Virus record (IMG/VR): IMGVR_UViG_2921473944_000002 | Location: 53,340-117,339 of that record | DNA from: a virus | Lineage: Duplodnaviria; Caudoviricetes | DNA: 64,000 nt | Direction: 5' to 3' (one strand) | Part shown: positions 38,375 to 47,641 of the stretch, piece after piece | How the letters are laid out: the number at the start of each line of letters is the position of its first letter | Position numbering within the stretch: the first letter of the stretch is position 1 | The notes under the pieces: model-generated | Databases searched by the model: none | Seen by the model: the letters and a program-made list of their open reading frames with translations, nothing else | Told to the model about the DNA's origin: nothing | Translations under genes and position numbers: made by a program

Positions 38375-39380
38375 ATTTAATGCAAAGGCAGTAAAAGATG
38401 ACATCGTAAAATGGATTAGAGAATTCTTTGAGCAGAATGGTAAAGGATGTAGTGCTGTAGTCGGGATTTCCGGAGGAAAGGATTCCAGTGTGGTTGCAGC
38501 TTTGTGCGTAGAAGCTCTTGGCAAAGATAAGGTTTTCGGAGTGCTTATGCCGAATGGGGAGCAAGTTGATATTGACACATCGTATTCTCTAGTAAAGCAT
38601 CTCGGGATTGACTATTGTGTGGTTAATATTCATGAAGCAATTAGATCACTGAAGCATGAGATCAAACCGCAGCTCGGAGATCATTGGTCTGTACAGACTT
38701 CTGTAAATCTTCCGGCAAGAATTAGAATGGCTACATTGTATGCAGTATCTCAAACAATCGGTGGGAGAGTCGCCAATACCTGCAATTTATCAGAAGATTG
38801 GGTTGGATATGCTACGAGATATGGAGACGGAGCCGGGGACTTTAGTCCGTTATCAAAGCTCACTGTAACTGAAGTTAAAGCAATCGGACGTGAGCTTGGT
38901 CTTCCAGAAGAATTAGTTGAAAAGGTTCCTACAGATGGTCTGTGTGGTCATACGGACGAAGATAACCTTGGATTTACATATGCAGTTCTGGACAGATACA
39001 TTAGAACCAGTGAAATCGATGATATGCATACAAAAGAAAGAATTGATACCATGCATAAAAAGAATTTGTTCAAGTTGGCTCTTATGCCGTCGTTTGAATA
39101 CACAAATCCTGTAGAAACAGTAGTGTTAGATGGTAAGCAGACTGGATATGGTATCGTAAGTGAGTATATTAAAAAATACTGGGAACATCACTGCACTGAA
39201 GACGTGATTGTATCAATCGAAATATCCAGAGACGGGAAGAATTACGAACGTCTTAATGAAGTCGCAAGCCCATACGATATGTATGATGTAGAATATTTAA
39301 ACGATTGGTGGGAAGGCGAGAAATATATCAGGGTAACAGATATACAAGGCATATCCGATATAAAAATCAAGAAATTATAG
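38367..39380 (+). CDS. nadE: NH3-dependent NAD+ synthetase with C-terminal extension
   Basis: GISGGKDS, N..ARIRM, GYATRYGD, P.DGL...TDE..LG..Y motifs. Confidence 0.9.
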   Translation: MSKFNAKAVKDDIVKWIREFFEQNGKGCSAVVGISGGKDSSVVAALCVEALGKDKVFGVLMPNGEQVDIDTSYSLVKHLGIDYCVVNIHEAIRSLKHEIKPQLGDHWSVQTSVNLPARIRMATLYAVSQTIGGRVANTCNLSEDWVGYATRYGDGAGDFSPLSKLTVTEVKAIGRELGLPEELVEKVPTDGLCGHTDEDNLGFTYAVLDRYIRTSEIDDMHTKERIDTMHKKNLFKLALMPSFEYTNPVETVVLDGKQTGYGIVSEYIKKYWEHHCTEDVIVSIEISRDGKNYERLNEVASPYDMYDVEYLNDWWEGEKYIRVTDIQGISDIKIKKL

Positions 39381-39392
39381 AAAGGAACAATT

Positions 39393-39626
39393 ATGGACAC
39401 ATCAGCACTTGCGAAAGGAATGAAGAAGTATGAAGCAGTGCCGAAGAATACGTTAATGAGAAGAACGCCCGTAATCATCAGAGTTGATGGTCGGGCGTTT
39501 CATATTAAAAGAAAAATACTGATTATAAGAACAAGATGGGTTATTGATACAGAGATTCCAATCTTTAAAGGAGAGGGCAGAGATTATATCGACAGATTAG
39601 TGTGTATTGGAGGTGTTGAAAATTGA
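39393..39626 (+). pseudogene. internally deleted Thg1-like tRNA-His guanylyltransferase
   Basis: N-terminal MK.YE...PVIIRVDGRAFH joined almost directly to C-terminal WVIDTEIPIF...RDYI; only 77 aa. Confidence 0.7.
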
Positions 39627-39973
39627 AATGGCTTGAAGCAAAAGATAAAGCAAAAGACAAAGTATGGGCTTTCTTAGAATTACGTCCGACAGGTAAAGTT
39701 TTGACGAAAGAACAGTATGATTACGCAATGTATTATGCCAAGCATACAGGAATTGATTGCAGCTATGTAAGATCGTTTGAAGAAGAGAAGGGGAAATATC
39801 TGCGACTGGGTAGCTGGTTTGGCGGTGCATCATATTACTTTTTCTTCGGAGATCAGCCGGAAGGCATTATCGAGACGGCTGTTACAAATGAATGGAAAGT
39901 TATTGAAACTTTCAAAGAATATTACGAGGATTTTTCTTATGGTAAATTAGGGAAAATCGAATTTGATGAGTAG
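39623..39973 (+). CDS. hypothetical protein
   Basis: GGAGG RBS, TTG start. Confidence 0.55.
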   Translation: MKWLEAKDKAKDKVWAFLELRPTGKVLTKEQYDYAMYYAKHTGIDCSYVRSFEEEKGKYLRLGSWFGGASYYFFFGDQPEGIIETAVTNEWKVIETFKEYYEDFSYGKLGKIEFDE

Positions 39974-40444
39974 GTGATACATATGAAATGTAAGCAATGT
40001 GAAGGAAAAGGAATGATTGGTCTTGGAGTAGGAATCAGAGGGGTAACAAAATGTCCAGTATGTAATGGCAAAGGCGAGGTTCCGGATAATTCTACTACAA
40101 AGGTAGCTGTTATATTCGATAGATGGTTCATCGCGCCAGACGAATTAAATGAATTCTGTCAAAGTATCGGGTACGAAAACCCGGATTACCCAAACGACTT
40201 TGATTTAATGTTTGACCCAAGAGTTGTTCAATTTTGTCAGCAGAATTTGACTAGATTATGGGGAGAACATGTATACAGAGGACGAGAAAGCTGCGATTTC
40301 AGATGTGGTTTTGCAGGAGCTGGCTATATCAGACAAATAGATACATCTAAGACATGGAGATTGTCTTACAATCATGTGGACGCTCCGGTGATTGACTATG
40401 TGCAGGTTAGCACGAATAAATACGGATACCTTTCCGTATTATAA
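39974..40444 (+). CDS. hypothetical protein with DnaJ-type zinc finger
   Basis: CKQCEGKG...CPVCNGKG. Confidence 0.65.
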   Translation: MIHMKCKQCEGKGMIGLGVGIRGVTKCPVCNGKGEVPDNSTTKVAVIFDRWFIAPDELNEFCQSIGYENPDYPNDFDLMFDPRVVQFCQQNLTRLWGEHVYRGRESCDFRCGFAGAGYIRQIDTSKTWRLSYNHVDAPVIDYVQVSTNKYGYLSVL

Positions 40445-40454
40445 GGAGGAATTT

Positions 40455-41654
40455 ATGATTTACTTAGATAACTCAGCAACAACTCCGATTCACCCGGATG
40501 TGCTCAATGCTATGATGCCATACTTAAAGGGTGGATATGGGAATGCGGGGGCTGTTTATAGGATTGGACGAGAATCTGCAAAAGCTATTCAGAAAGCAAG
40601 AGAGCAGGTTGCTCAGTTATTTAATGCTTCCGCCGATCAGATTGTATTTACATCTGGAGGAAGCGAAGGAAACAATATGGTGTTCTCATACGGCATGAGA
40701 TGTATGCTTGAAGAGCTGGGAAAGAAACATGTTGTGATTTCTCAGATTGAACATGATTCAGTGTATGAAGCAGCGACGCACATGTTCAAACAATCTGGGA
40801 ATGTGAATATAAAAGACGACTTTTATACACAGTTTATACATACAAAAAGAGACGGGACGGTCGATGTAGAGCATTTAGAGTCATTATTAGACGAAGATGC
40901 CAACATCGGTCTCGTATCGGTAATGTATGTAAATAATGAAACAGGAGCTGTAAATCCTATAAATCGCATAGGCGAAATGTGTAAGGAAAGAGGAATATTG
41001 TTTCATACAGATTGTGTACAGGCAGCAGGATGCCACGTAATTGATGTTAATACGATTGGTTGCGATTATGCAACCATATCCGGTCATAAGATTTATGCTC
41101 CTAAAGGAATTGGCGCTATATATATAAGAGACAGTAAACTTGCTCGATCACTTGTATACGGTGGTGCTAATCAGGAATTCGGGTTCCGTGGAGGTACTGA
41201 GAATGTTGCAAGTATCGTAGGTCTTGGCAAGTCATGTGATATGATTTGTTCAGATTTCGGCGCGCAGAGAGTGGCGGTGTCTTTATTAAAGCGGCTATTT
41301 TATGAAAATATAGTCTCCGGTCTGAAGTCCAGTGGCTTAGACGAGAGAGTCCATGTTAATGGTGCGGCAGCAGGCGATGTTGGGAAGACATTGAATTTAA
41401 GAATCGAGAATATTGATAGCGAGACTTTGGTTCTAATGTTAGATGCGAAAGGAGTATGCATATCTGCCGGGTCTGCGTGTCATAGTCATGAGTCACAGCC
41501 TAGCAGAGTTTTAACATCTATGGGGCTTTCGGACGATGAAGCGAGAGACTCTGTTAGAATTTCGTTTTCATCTGCAAATACACCGGAAGAAGTCGAGGAA
41601 GCTGCTGCAATATTTTCTTCATGTGTCAAAGCATTAGCCGGATTGCAGAGGTAA
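40455..41654 (+). CDS. iscS: cysteine desulfurase (IscS/NifS)
   Basis: YLDNSATT, FTSGGSE, SGHK, SAGSAC motifs. Confidence 0.93.
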   Translation: MIYLDNSATTPIHPDVLNAMMPYLKGGYGNAGAVYRIGRESAKAIQKAREQVAQLFNASADQIVFTSGGSEGNNMVFSYGMRCMLEELGKKHVVISQIEHDSVYEAATHMFKQSGNVNIKDDFYTQFIHTKRDGTVDVEHLESLLDEDANIGLVSVMYVNNETGAVNPINRIGEMCKERGILFHTDCVQAAGCHVIDVNTIGCDYATISGHKIYAPKGIGAIYIRDSKLARSLVYGGANQEFGFRGGTENVASIVGLGKSCDMICSDFGAQRVAVSLLKRLFYENIVSGLKSSGLDERVHVNGAAAGDVGKTLNLRIENIDSETLVLMLDAKGVCISAGSACHSHESQPSRVLTSMGLSDDEARDSVRISFSSANTPEEVEEAAAIFSSCVKALAGLQR

Positions 41655-41687
41655 TATTTTAATGATAAAATAAAGGAGGTACGCTGC

Positions 41688-42086
41688 ATGGATATATTAG
41701 GAACTCAGATTGATTTTAGCTTTTTAAGTTCATCTGATAAGAAATGGATTATAGATACAGCTAATGATGTATTAAAGAATAATCCAGATGTAGACAAAGC
41801 ACGTATATGCCAGATATTGTACAGTTATCTGGCTTTACGTCATATAACTAAAGGTCGAAATGTGAAAGTAGGATATAAGTTGTTTGAACCGTCAAAAAAT
41901 ATGGGGTATATCAGTGTCATAGGACGAAGAGTTGACTATCATGATAGCAAGGTATTTAGAACAGTGACATCATTTGCAACAAATTTTGAGGTGTATCCAA
42001 AAACAAACGGGACAGTGCAACTTAATTTCACGTTTCACAAATTAAGAAAGAAACGAGGAGATGGTTGCGATGGAAAGTGCAGTTAA
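41688..42086 (+). CDS. hypothetical protein
   Basis: AAGGAGG RBS. Confidence 0.6.
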   Translation: MDILGTQIDFSFLSSSDKKWIIDTANDVLKNNPDVDKARICQILYSYLALRHITKGRNVKVGYKLFEPSKNMGYISVIGRRVDYHDSKVFRTVTSFATNFEVYPKTNGTVQLNFTFHKLRKKRGDGCDGKCS

Positions 42087-42429
42087 ATGTTTTGATGTAG
42101 TAAATATGGTAGTTGAGGAGGCAAGTGAGCAGTTCAAACCAATATGGAGAGTTGATAACGAAAAGTTGGATATTCTTCATGAATATTGCGATGCAATAGA
42201 TGGAATTTTAAAGGAATTTGATGGCGATTCGATTGATGTGGATATTGATGAGATCAAGATGACAATTAATATTACCATTGAGTGTGAGGATTTAACAATA
42301 GAATCAAAAGAACATCAGTTCCATCAGCTTGTTGAGAGAGCTGTGAAATTTGGTTTCTCTAAATCGAAAGAAAGAGAAGCGATGTGTGTTAATTTCGTAT
42401 TTCCGAGTGTATGGGACAAGGCGATGTAG
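42061..42429 (+). CDS. hypothetical protein
   Basis: GAGGAG RBS. Confidence 0.6.
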   Translation: MVAMESAVKCFDVVNMVVEEASEQFKPIWRVDNEKLDILHEYCDAIDGILKEFDGDSIDVDIDEIKMTINITIECEDLTIESKEHQFHQLVERAVKFGFSKSKEREAMCVNFVFPSVWDKAM

Positions 42430-42445
42430 GCTGGAGGTAACCTGC

Positions 42446-42676
42446 ATGAATAATAAACGGCGTGAACTGTTAAAAGATGCAACAGATTTACTTGGCAGAG
42501 CGTCCAATATGGTACAAAGGGCATTGGATGACGAACAGGACTGTTTGGATAATATGCCAGAAAATTTATTGGATAGTGAAAGATGTCAGAAGATGGAAGA
42601 TGCGATAGATAGATTAGAGGAGGCTTTAGATCAGATGGAGAGCGCAAAAGACTGTATCGGAGAAGCAGCCAATTAG
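42446..42676 (+). CDS. helical hypothetical protein
   Basis: MN..RR...EQD..DNMPENL pattern; GGAGG RBS. Confidence 0.65.
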   Translation: MNNKRRELLKDATDLLGRASNMVQRALDDEQDCLDNMPENLLDSERCQKMEDAIDRLEEALDQMESAKDCIGEAAN

Positions 42677-42685
42677 GAGGTAGTC

Positions 42686-43294
42686 ATGTGGAGTCTATTT
42701 GGATTATTGGCAGTTGGTGGTGCAATTGTGGTGAAATATATTAACGACTCATCAACAACAGAGGCATTCAATAACAAAAGAAAAAAAGCAGACGCTATCA
42801 ATCGAGAGTTTGAGATAACAATAGAAGAGGCAAATGATTTAGATAAACAGTTTAGAGATTATAATAGCAGATGGAATTTGCTCTTATCTGTAGACGACGG
42901 GTTGAATTATGTTTATGGATGCCAGTGGAGAAAAATTTTTGAAAATTCTGACTATGTTCCAGCTGTTTATTCTGAATTGAATACAGTATGGGGTGTTGCT
43001 TTTCAACTTGTCTGTGCTAAAAATGGTAAGATAGGATTGAATCAAAAAAACTATCAATTAACTGGTAATCCAGAGCTTTGCATGATAAAAGTTAAAGCTT
43101 GTGAGATGATTGAAAAATATATACGAGATGTCAATCAGAATCTCGAACTCGTGTTTGTTCCGGGGTGGAAGATACTTTCATCCCGGGAAGCTCTATCATA
43201 CCATGATGAAATTTGTGGTGGCAAGCTATGGTGGAAGCACAACCTACCTCCAATGAGAAAAGAACAAAATCTTTGTGTGAGGAAACTATGGTAA
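42686..43294 (+). CDS. membrane-anchored hypothetical protein
   Basis: AGGAGG RBS; N-terminal hydrophobic helix. Confidence 0.6.
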   Translation: MWSLFGLLAVGGAIVVKYINDSSTTEAFNNKRKKADAINREFEITIEEANDLDKQFRDYNSRWNLLLSVDDGLNYVYGCQWRKIFENSDYVPAVYSELNTVWGVAFQLVCAKNGKIGLNQKNYQLTGNPELCMIKVKACEMIEKYIRDVNQNLELVFVPGWKILSSREALSYHDEICGGKLWWKHNLPPMRKEQNLCVRKLW

Positions 43295-43325
43295 TTTTTT
43301 ACCAATGGCAAGTCATAAAAACGCA

Positions 43326-43379
43326 TTGACAGTTAACAAGAGACATGATAAGATTATAAACATACAGAACAAGTGTTCG
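43326..43379 (+). promoter_or_regulatory. sigmaA promoter with Gram-positive SOS (LexA) box
   Basis: TTGACA-17-TAAGAT with TG extension; AGAAC-AAGT-GTTCG at 43366-43379. Confidence 0.8.
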
Positions 43380-43607
43380 TGTGACGACCGAACATTTATC
43401 TAAAAAAAAGTAGCTGTGCAACAACCACGAAACACAGCTACTTAACATCAGACCGCGCAAACAACCACATTTCACACGGCTTCTGAATCAGTAGTGGGGT
43501 GACATGAATCAGCCACTACGATCGGAATACATGCCCACTAATAGAACACATATTCTGATTGTAGTATGCCACACCGCTTCCAAAAAGTCAATGGAGGAAT
43601 ACTGCAA

Positions 43608-43976
43608 ATGAATGGCAAAATCGGAAATAAAAGTAAGAGGATTTCGATTGCTGAATTAAAAGACTACCTTTCTAAACGAAAGTGTGATAAATATATTTTT
43701 TCTAGCAATTATCAGAGCAATATAAACAATTATACGCTCAGATGTAGCATGATGTTCGACGTACTCGATATTCTATTTAATCCGAATAAGATATTCTTGC
43801 ATAATGCTAATAGGATATCAGATGCGGATAGCCAGTATGTAGTGATTGAACGAGCAAAATATGCGTATATCGAAGAGCTTGAAACTGGAATTATCATTGA
43901 TATTACCTGCGGGAGTATATCAACAGATATTGATAATCATACATATACGGTAGTAGCAGAAAAAATTACAAAGTAA
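43608..43976 (+). CDS. hypothetical protein downstream of the SOS-box promoter
   Basis: GGAGG RBS. Confidence 0.6.
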   Translation: MNGKIGNKSKRISIAELKDYLSKRKCDKYIFSSNYQSNINNYTLRCSMMFDVLDILFNPNKIFLHNANRISDADSQYVVIERAKYAYIEELETGIIIDITCGSISTDIDNHTYTVVAEKITK

Positions 43977-43993
43977 ATTATTTTATTAGCTTG
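43973..43993 (-). promoter_or_regulatory. 21-bp repeated operator-like motif overlapping the -35 of a TTGACA-17-TATTCT promoter (43991-44019)
   Basis: Reverse complement is caagctaataaaataatttac, identical to 49785-49805. Confidence 0.7.
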
Positions 43994-44062
43994 ACATATT
44001 AAACATGGTGTGCTATTCTTTAACTGTAAACAAGAGAAAATACAGTGAAAGGAGTGGCAACC

Positions 44063-44491
44063 TTGAAGAATAGTAACGATAACAAAAAACCGAACATAGG
44101 AGACGTATACTTAGTATATTTTGATGGTAGCGGGAATGAACAAAAAGGATATAGACCTGGATTAGTGTTCCAGAATAATGTGGGAAATGAGCATAGTCCA
44201 AACTTAATAGTTTTACCGCTGACAAGTGCATTAAAGAAGACCAATCAACCAACACATGTATTCATACCAAAGGAGGTTGGACTCCGAAAGGATAGTATGG
44301 TATTATGTGAAAATCCGAAGTGTATGTCAAAACATAAACTAGGAGAATATATTACTACATTACCGGAAGAATACATGGCGCAAGTCGCTGTTGGCAATAT
44401 ATTATCTTCATCAGCAATAGCATTTATAGATCCAGATTTACTGATGAGTGTTTGGCAAAAGGCGTTAGTGTTAAATGCGATAGCTAATTAG
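44063..44491 (+). CDS. MazF/PemK-family endoribonuclease
   Basis: GDVY.V.F...G.EQKG.RP.LV.QN, V.PLTS, PTHV, S.VLCE motifs. Confidence 0.88.
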   Translation: MKNSNDNKKPNIGDVYLVYFDGSGNEQKGYRPGLVFQNNVGNEHSPNLIVLPLTSALKKTNQPTHVFIPKEVGLRKDSMVLCENPKCMSKHKLGEYITTLPEEYMAQVAVGNILSSSAIAFIDPDLLMSVWQKALVLNAIAN

Positions 44492-44500
44492 GAGGCACAG

Positions 44501-45457
44501 ATGTATAATGCAGAAATAAAACATCAGTTTATGAGAGAAGTAGTATCTACTACTCCGTGGAAATTAAAATTATGCGAGTCGGTATTTAATAGCACCGAGG
44601 AATACGAGGAAGAATGGAAAGCCGACTTATGCACTAAATCAGCAGAAGAATTACAACCAATGGTGAACCAGATTTCTGGGTTCAGAGCAAGGAGTAAATG
44701 GTCAAGACTTATATTATTAAAGGATTATGTGAAATGGTGCATAGAAATGGAAGTAGACGGAGCTTGTTCAGGTATGCTTGAGATAAAAACTGTAGGACTT
44801 GACAAGGTAAAACAACAGACTATTGCAAGCCCGAAGCATTTACAAAACTACCTGAATGCAATATGTGAACCAGCAAATATGAAAGCAACTGATAATATAT
44901 ATAGATGTTATTATTGGTTGGCATATGCAGGGATGGCGGAAGAAGATATCTTCAAAGTCAAATGTTCAGACGTAGACTTCAATAAGCTTATAGTTCAATA
45001 TAATCAAAAGTATACAGTAGTACCTATTTATCCAGAAGGGCTTGAGGCTTTTCATAATTGTGTGGAGTTAAGCCAGTTTCGGTATATACATCCCAATATT
45101 ACAAAAGAGATTTGGAAAGATAGAGCAGATGGAGATATTTTGATCCGTGGAATTAAATCAGTATCCACAATAAAAGCATTCAGAGTTGAGTTATCAAGAA
45201 GATCTAAACAAAAGAGTGATAAAACACCATTGAAATTGAGCCATTTTAGGGTTTGGTTATCGGGCGTGTTTTATAGAATGTATGAACAAGAAGTCATAGG
45301 AGTACCTCCAGATTTTAATGCGATAGTAGCGCAACAAATGGAAGGGAAAACTTACAAACTAGATAGCGGAAGAAATACGATAGAAGCGAAGCATCGACAG
45401 CTTGTAAGAGACTATGAAGAAGATTATGAAAGATGGAAACTTGCATGGTTTCTATAA
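44501..45457 (+). CDS. MrpR(YopR)-like tyrosine-recombinase-fold repressor
   Basis: MYNAEIK..F...E....DL, L..YV.W, V.LSG.F, Y..W pattern recalls SPbeta YopR; lacks the HxxR catalytic motif. Confidence 0.6.
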   Translation: MYNAEIKHQFMREVVSTTPWKLKLCESVFNSTEEYEEEWKADLCTKSAEELQPMVNQISGFRARSKWSRLILLKDYVKWCIEMEVDGACSGMLEIKTVGLDKVKQQTIASPKHLQNYLNAICEPANMKATDNIYRCYYWLAYAGMAEEDIFKVKCSDVDFNKLIVQYNQKYTVVPIYPEGLEAFHNCVELSQFRYIHPNITKEIWKDRADGDILIRGIKSVSTIKAFRVELSRRSKQKSDKTPLKLSHFRVWLSGVFYRMYEQEVIGVPPDFNAIVAQQMEGKTYKLDSGRNTIEAKHRQLVRDYEEDYERWKLAWFL

Positions 45458-45516
45458 TATTAGGCTAATATAGCCATATTGACTGCCTACAGAAGTGGGC
45501 TTTCAATTACATATAT

Positions 45517-45537
45517 CATGCTAATTTAATAATTTAC
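45517..45537 (+). promoter_or_regulatory. 21-bp operator-like motif copy
   Basis: catgctaatttaataatttac. Confidence 0.6.
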
Positions 45538-45539
45538 AT

Positions 45540-45611
45540 AGGGCTATCGCCAAGTGGTAAGGCACAGGACTTTGACTCCTGCATTCGTTGGTTCGAATCC
45601 AACTAGCCCTG
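45540..45611 (+). tRNA. tRNA-Gln(TTG)
   Basis: agggcta/tagccct acceptor; cagga-ctttgac-tcctg anticodon arm; TTCGAAT T-loop. Confidence 0.93.
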
Positions 45612-45657
45612 CTCGGGTGGAAACACCCCAAATAATTATTGAAAGGAGGAATTACAG

Positions 45658-46236
45658 ATGTTAACGGAAGCAAAGAGAATTGCAAATCATGATAGGGTAG
45701 TAGAACTTTTGAATACAGTTGCCAGAGATGGGATTTCTGAACTGCTAAAGTGGCTCGAAGAATCGGATTTCTTTACCGCTCCGGCATCTCATGCGTATCA
45801 TGGTTCCTACATCGGTGGGTTATGCGAACATTCTTTAAATGTTTATGACGAAGCAAAAAGATTGTTAGCGGCGTATCCAGAAATCAACGTATCAGAAGAT
45901 ACAGTAATTGTCTCTGCATTACTTCATGATTTATGTAAAGTAAATTTCTACACAACAGAAAAAAGAAACAGGAAAAATAGTGAGACAAACCAGTGGGAAA
46001 GTTATGATGCATTCGCAATCAGAGAAAAGTTTTGCTACGGCGGACATGGAAGTAAGTCAGTATTTCTCGCTCAAAACTTTATTAAGTTAACACCAACAGA
46101 AGCTGTTGCAATTAACTGTCACATGAGTGTGTGGGACGGAAATAAAGATGTTGGTAGAGCATATGAGAAATGCTGGTTTGCATGGATTCTTCATGTTGCA
46201 GACGAAAGTGCTACATATATTAAAGAGGGAGAATAG
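45658..46236 (+). CDS. HD-domain phosphohydrolase
   Basis: APAS..YH....GGL.EHS, LLHDLCK, GHG, HM, AD motifs. Confidence 0.85.
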   Translation: MLTEAKRIANHDRVVELLNTVARDGISELLKWLEESDFFTAPASHAYHGSYIGGLCEHSLNVYDEAKRLLAAYPEINVSEDTVIVSALLHDLCKVNFYTTEKRNRKNSETNQWESYDAFAIREKFCYGGHGSKSVFLAQNFIKLTPTEAVAINCHMSVWDGNKDVGRAYEKCWFAWILHVADESATYIKEGE

Positions 46237-46239
46237 AGA

Positions 46240-46518
46240 ATGAAGAAAAGAAAGACTGTTCAGGAGCCGGTAGAGATCGATGTGCTCCAAAAAAAGAAAG
46301 ATGAACTTGCTCAATTTGTTGAAAGATACAACAGCGCAGTAGCTGTAGTGACTGGGACTGTGAGCAATCTTGAATCTATCAATGCAAGTATTGATGAGAA
46401 AATCAAAGAAATCGAAGAGTATCAGGAAGAATTAGTAAAAACAAAGAATGGTCTCGGAGATACGAAGATGAAGAATGAACAGGTAATTAAAAATTTCAAA
46501 GCGCTGGTTGGAGCGTAA
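46240..46518 (+). CDS. coiled-coil hypothetical protein
   Basis: Heptad pattern. Confidence 0.6.
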   Translation: MKKRKTVQEPVEIDVLQKKKDELAQFVERYNSAVAVVTGTVSNLESINASIDEKIKEIEEYQEELVKTKNGLGDTKMKNEQVIKNFKALVGA

Positions 46519-46530
46519 TAAGGAGGAACT

Positions 46531-47232
46531 ATGTCAGATACAGAAACATTAAATCTTATGCAGAAGCTTGCGAAAATTCGTGCAATTTCAGATGTAGTTG
46601 CGAAAGAAAAGAGAGGCTATAACTACAGCTATGCCGACATCACATCGATTCTAGCTAAGATTACAGCAGGTATGAAAAAGTATGGTGTGTCACTTATACC
46701 GCAGATTGTCCCTGAGACAGCAAATGTTGAACAACTTGTAACGTCAACTACAAAATTCACGAAAACTGGCGATGCATATGAAGCAAAGAGCTCAGAAATG
46801 TTAGTTACTGCTGATATGATATTTAGATGGGTCGATGATGCGAATCCAGAAGATTTCATCGATGTGCCTTGGTTTGTAACTGGATCTCAGGGAGACCCAT
46901 CTCAGGCTCTTGGATCTGGTCTTACATATTGCACAAGATATTTTCTCTGCAATTACTTCCAGATTGCTCAGGCTGATTCAGACGTTGACGCTTATCGTAG
47001 CAAGCAGAAAGAAGCAGAGGTGTCTGAGGATAAGGCAATCGCAGAGGAGATTATTTCTCAGTTTGATGGTGTGGTAAGAAAATTCCTTGCAGATCATCCA
47101 GATAAATCTGATGATGTCAAAACATTTGTTAAGCGATATGTAAAGAGCGGAAATTATCTTGCAATTAAGGAGCCTGCGTTAGCAGCTGATTTACTTGCAA
47201 AATTCAATGAAAAATTCATCAAAGGAGAGTAA
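46531..47232 (+). CDS. ERF-family ssDNA annealing protein
   Basis: GYNYSY, Q..GS.LTY..RY motifs. Confidence 0.82.
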   Translation: MSDTETLNLMQKLAKIRAISDVVAKEKRGYNYSYADITSILAKITAGMKKYGVSLIPQIVPETANVEQLVTSTTKFTKTGDAYEAKSSEMLVTADMIFRWVDDANPEDFIDVPWFVTGSQGDPSQALGSGLTYCTRYFLCNYFQIAQADSDVDAYRSKQKEAEVSEDKAIAEEIISQFDGVVRKFLADHPDKSDDVKTFVKRYVKSGNYLAIKEPALAADLLAKFNEKFIKGE

Positions 47233-47238
47233 ATACAT

Positions 47239-47631
47239 ATGGGATTTAGAACAGGCAGTTATGCAACAATTTGGTCAGTAGAGAGTGCATCAGACACTCG
47301 TACAAAGGCAAGAATTTCAATCAGCAGAAAGAATAAGCAGACAGGAGAATACGATACAGACTTCTCAGGATTCGTTGATTTTATTGGTACAGCTGCAGCA
47401 AAAAAGGCACTGATGCTAAAAGAAAAAGATAGAATTCGTCTTGGGGATGTTGACGTCACTAACAATTACAGCAAAGAGAAAGGCATCACTTATACAAATT
47501 TCAAAATTTTCAGCTTTGAAACACAGTCTGAAATCAACGGAAGTGGCGGTGGAGGAAATTCTGGATATGATACGGAACCTCAGAAAAATGTAGATAGTGG
47601 GGAAATTGATGACTCACAGCTTCCATTTTAA
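47239..47631 (+). CDS. ssb: single-stranded DNA-binding protein
   Basis: OB-fold pattern with acidic tail ending in LPF. Confidence 0.8.
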   Translation: MGFRTGSYATIWSVESASDTRTKARISISRKNKQTGEYDTDFSGFVDFIGTAAAKKALMLKEKDRIRLGDVDVTNNYSKEKGITYTNFKIFSFETQSEINGSGGGGNSGYDTEPQKNVDSGEIDDSQLPF

Positions 47632-47641
47632 GAGGTGAGAA

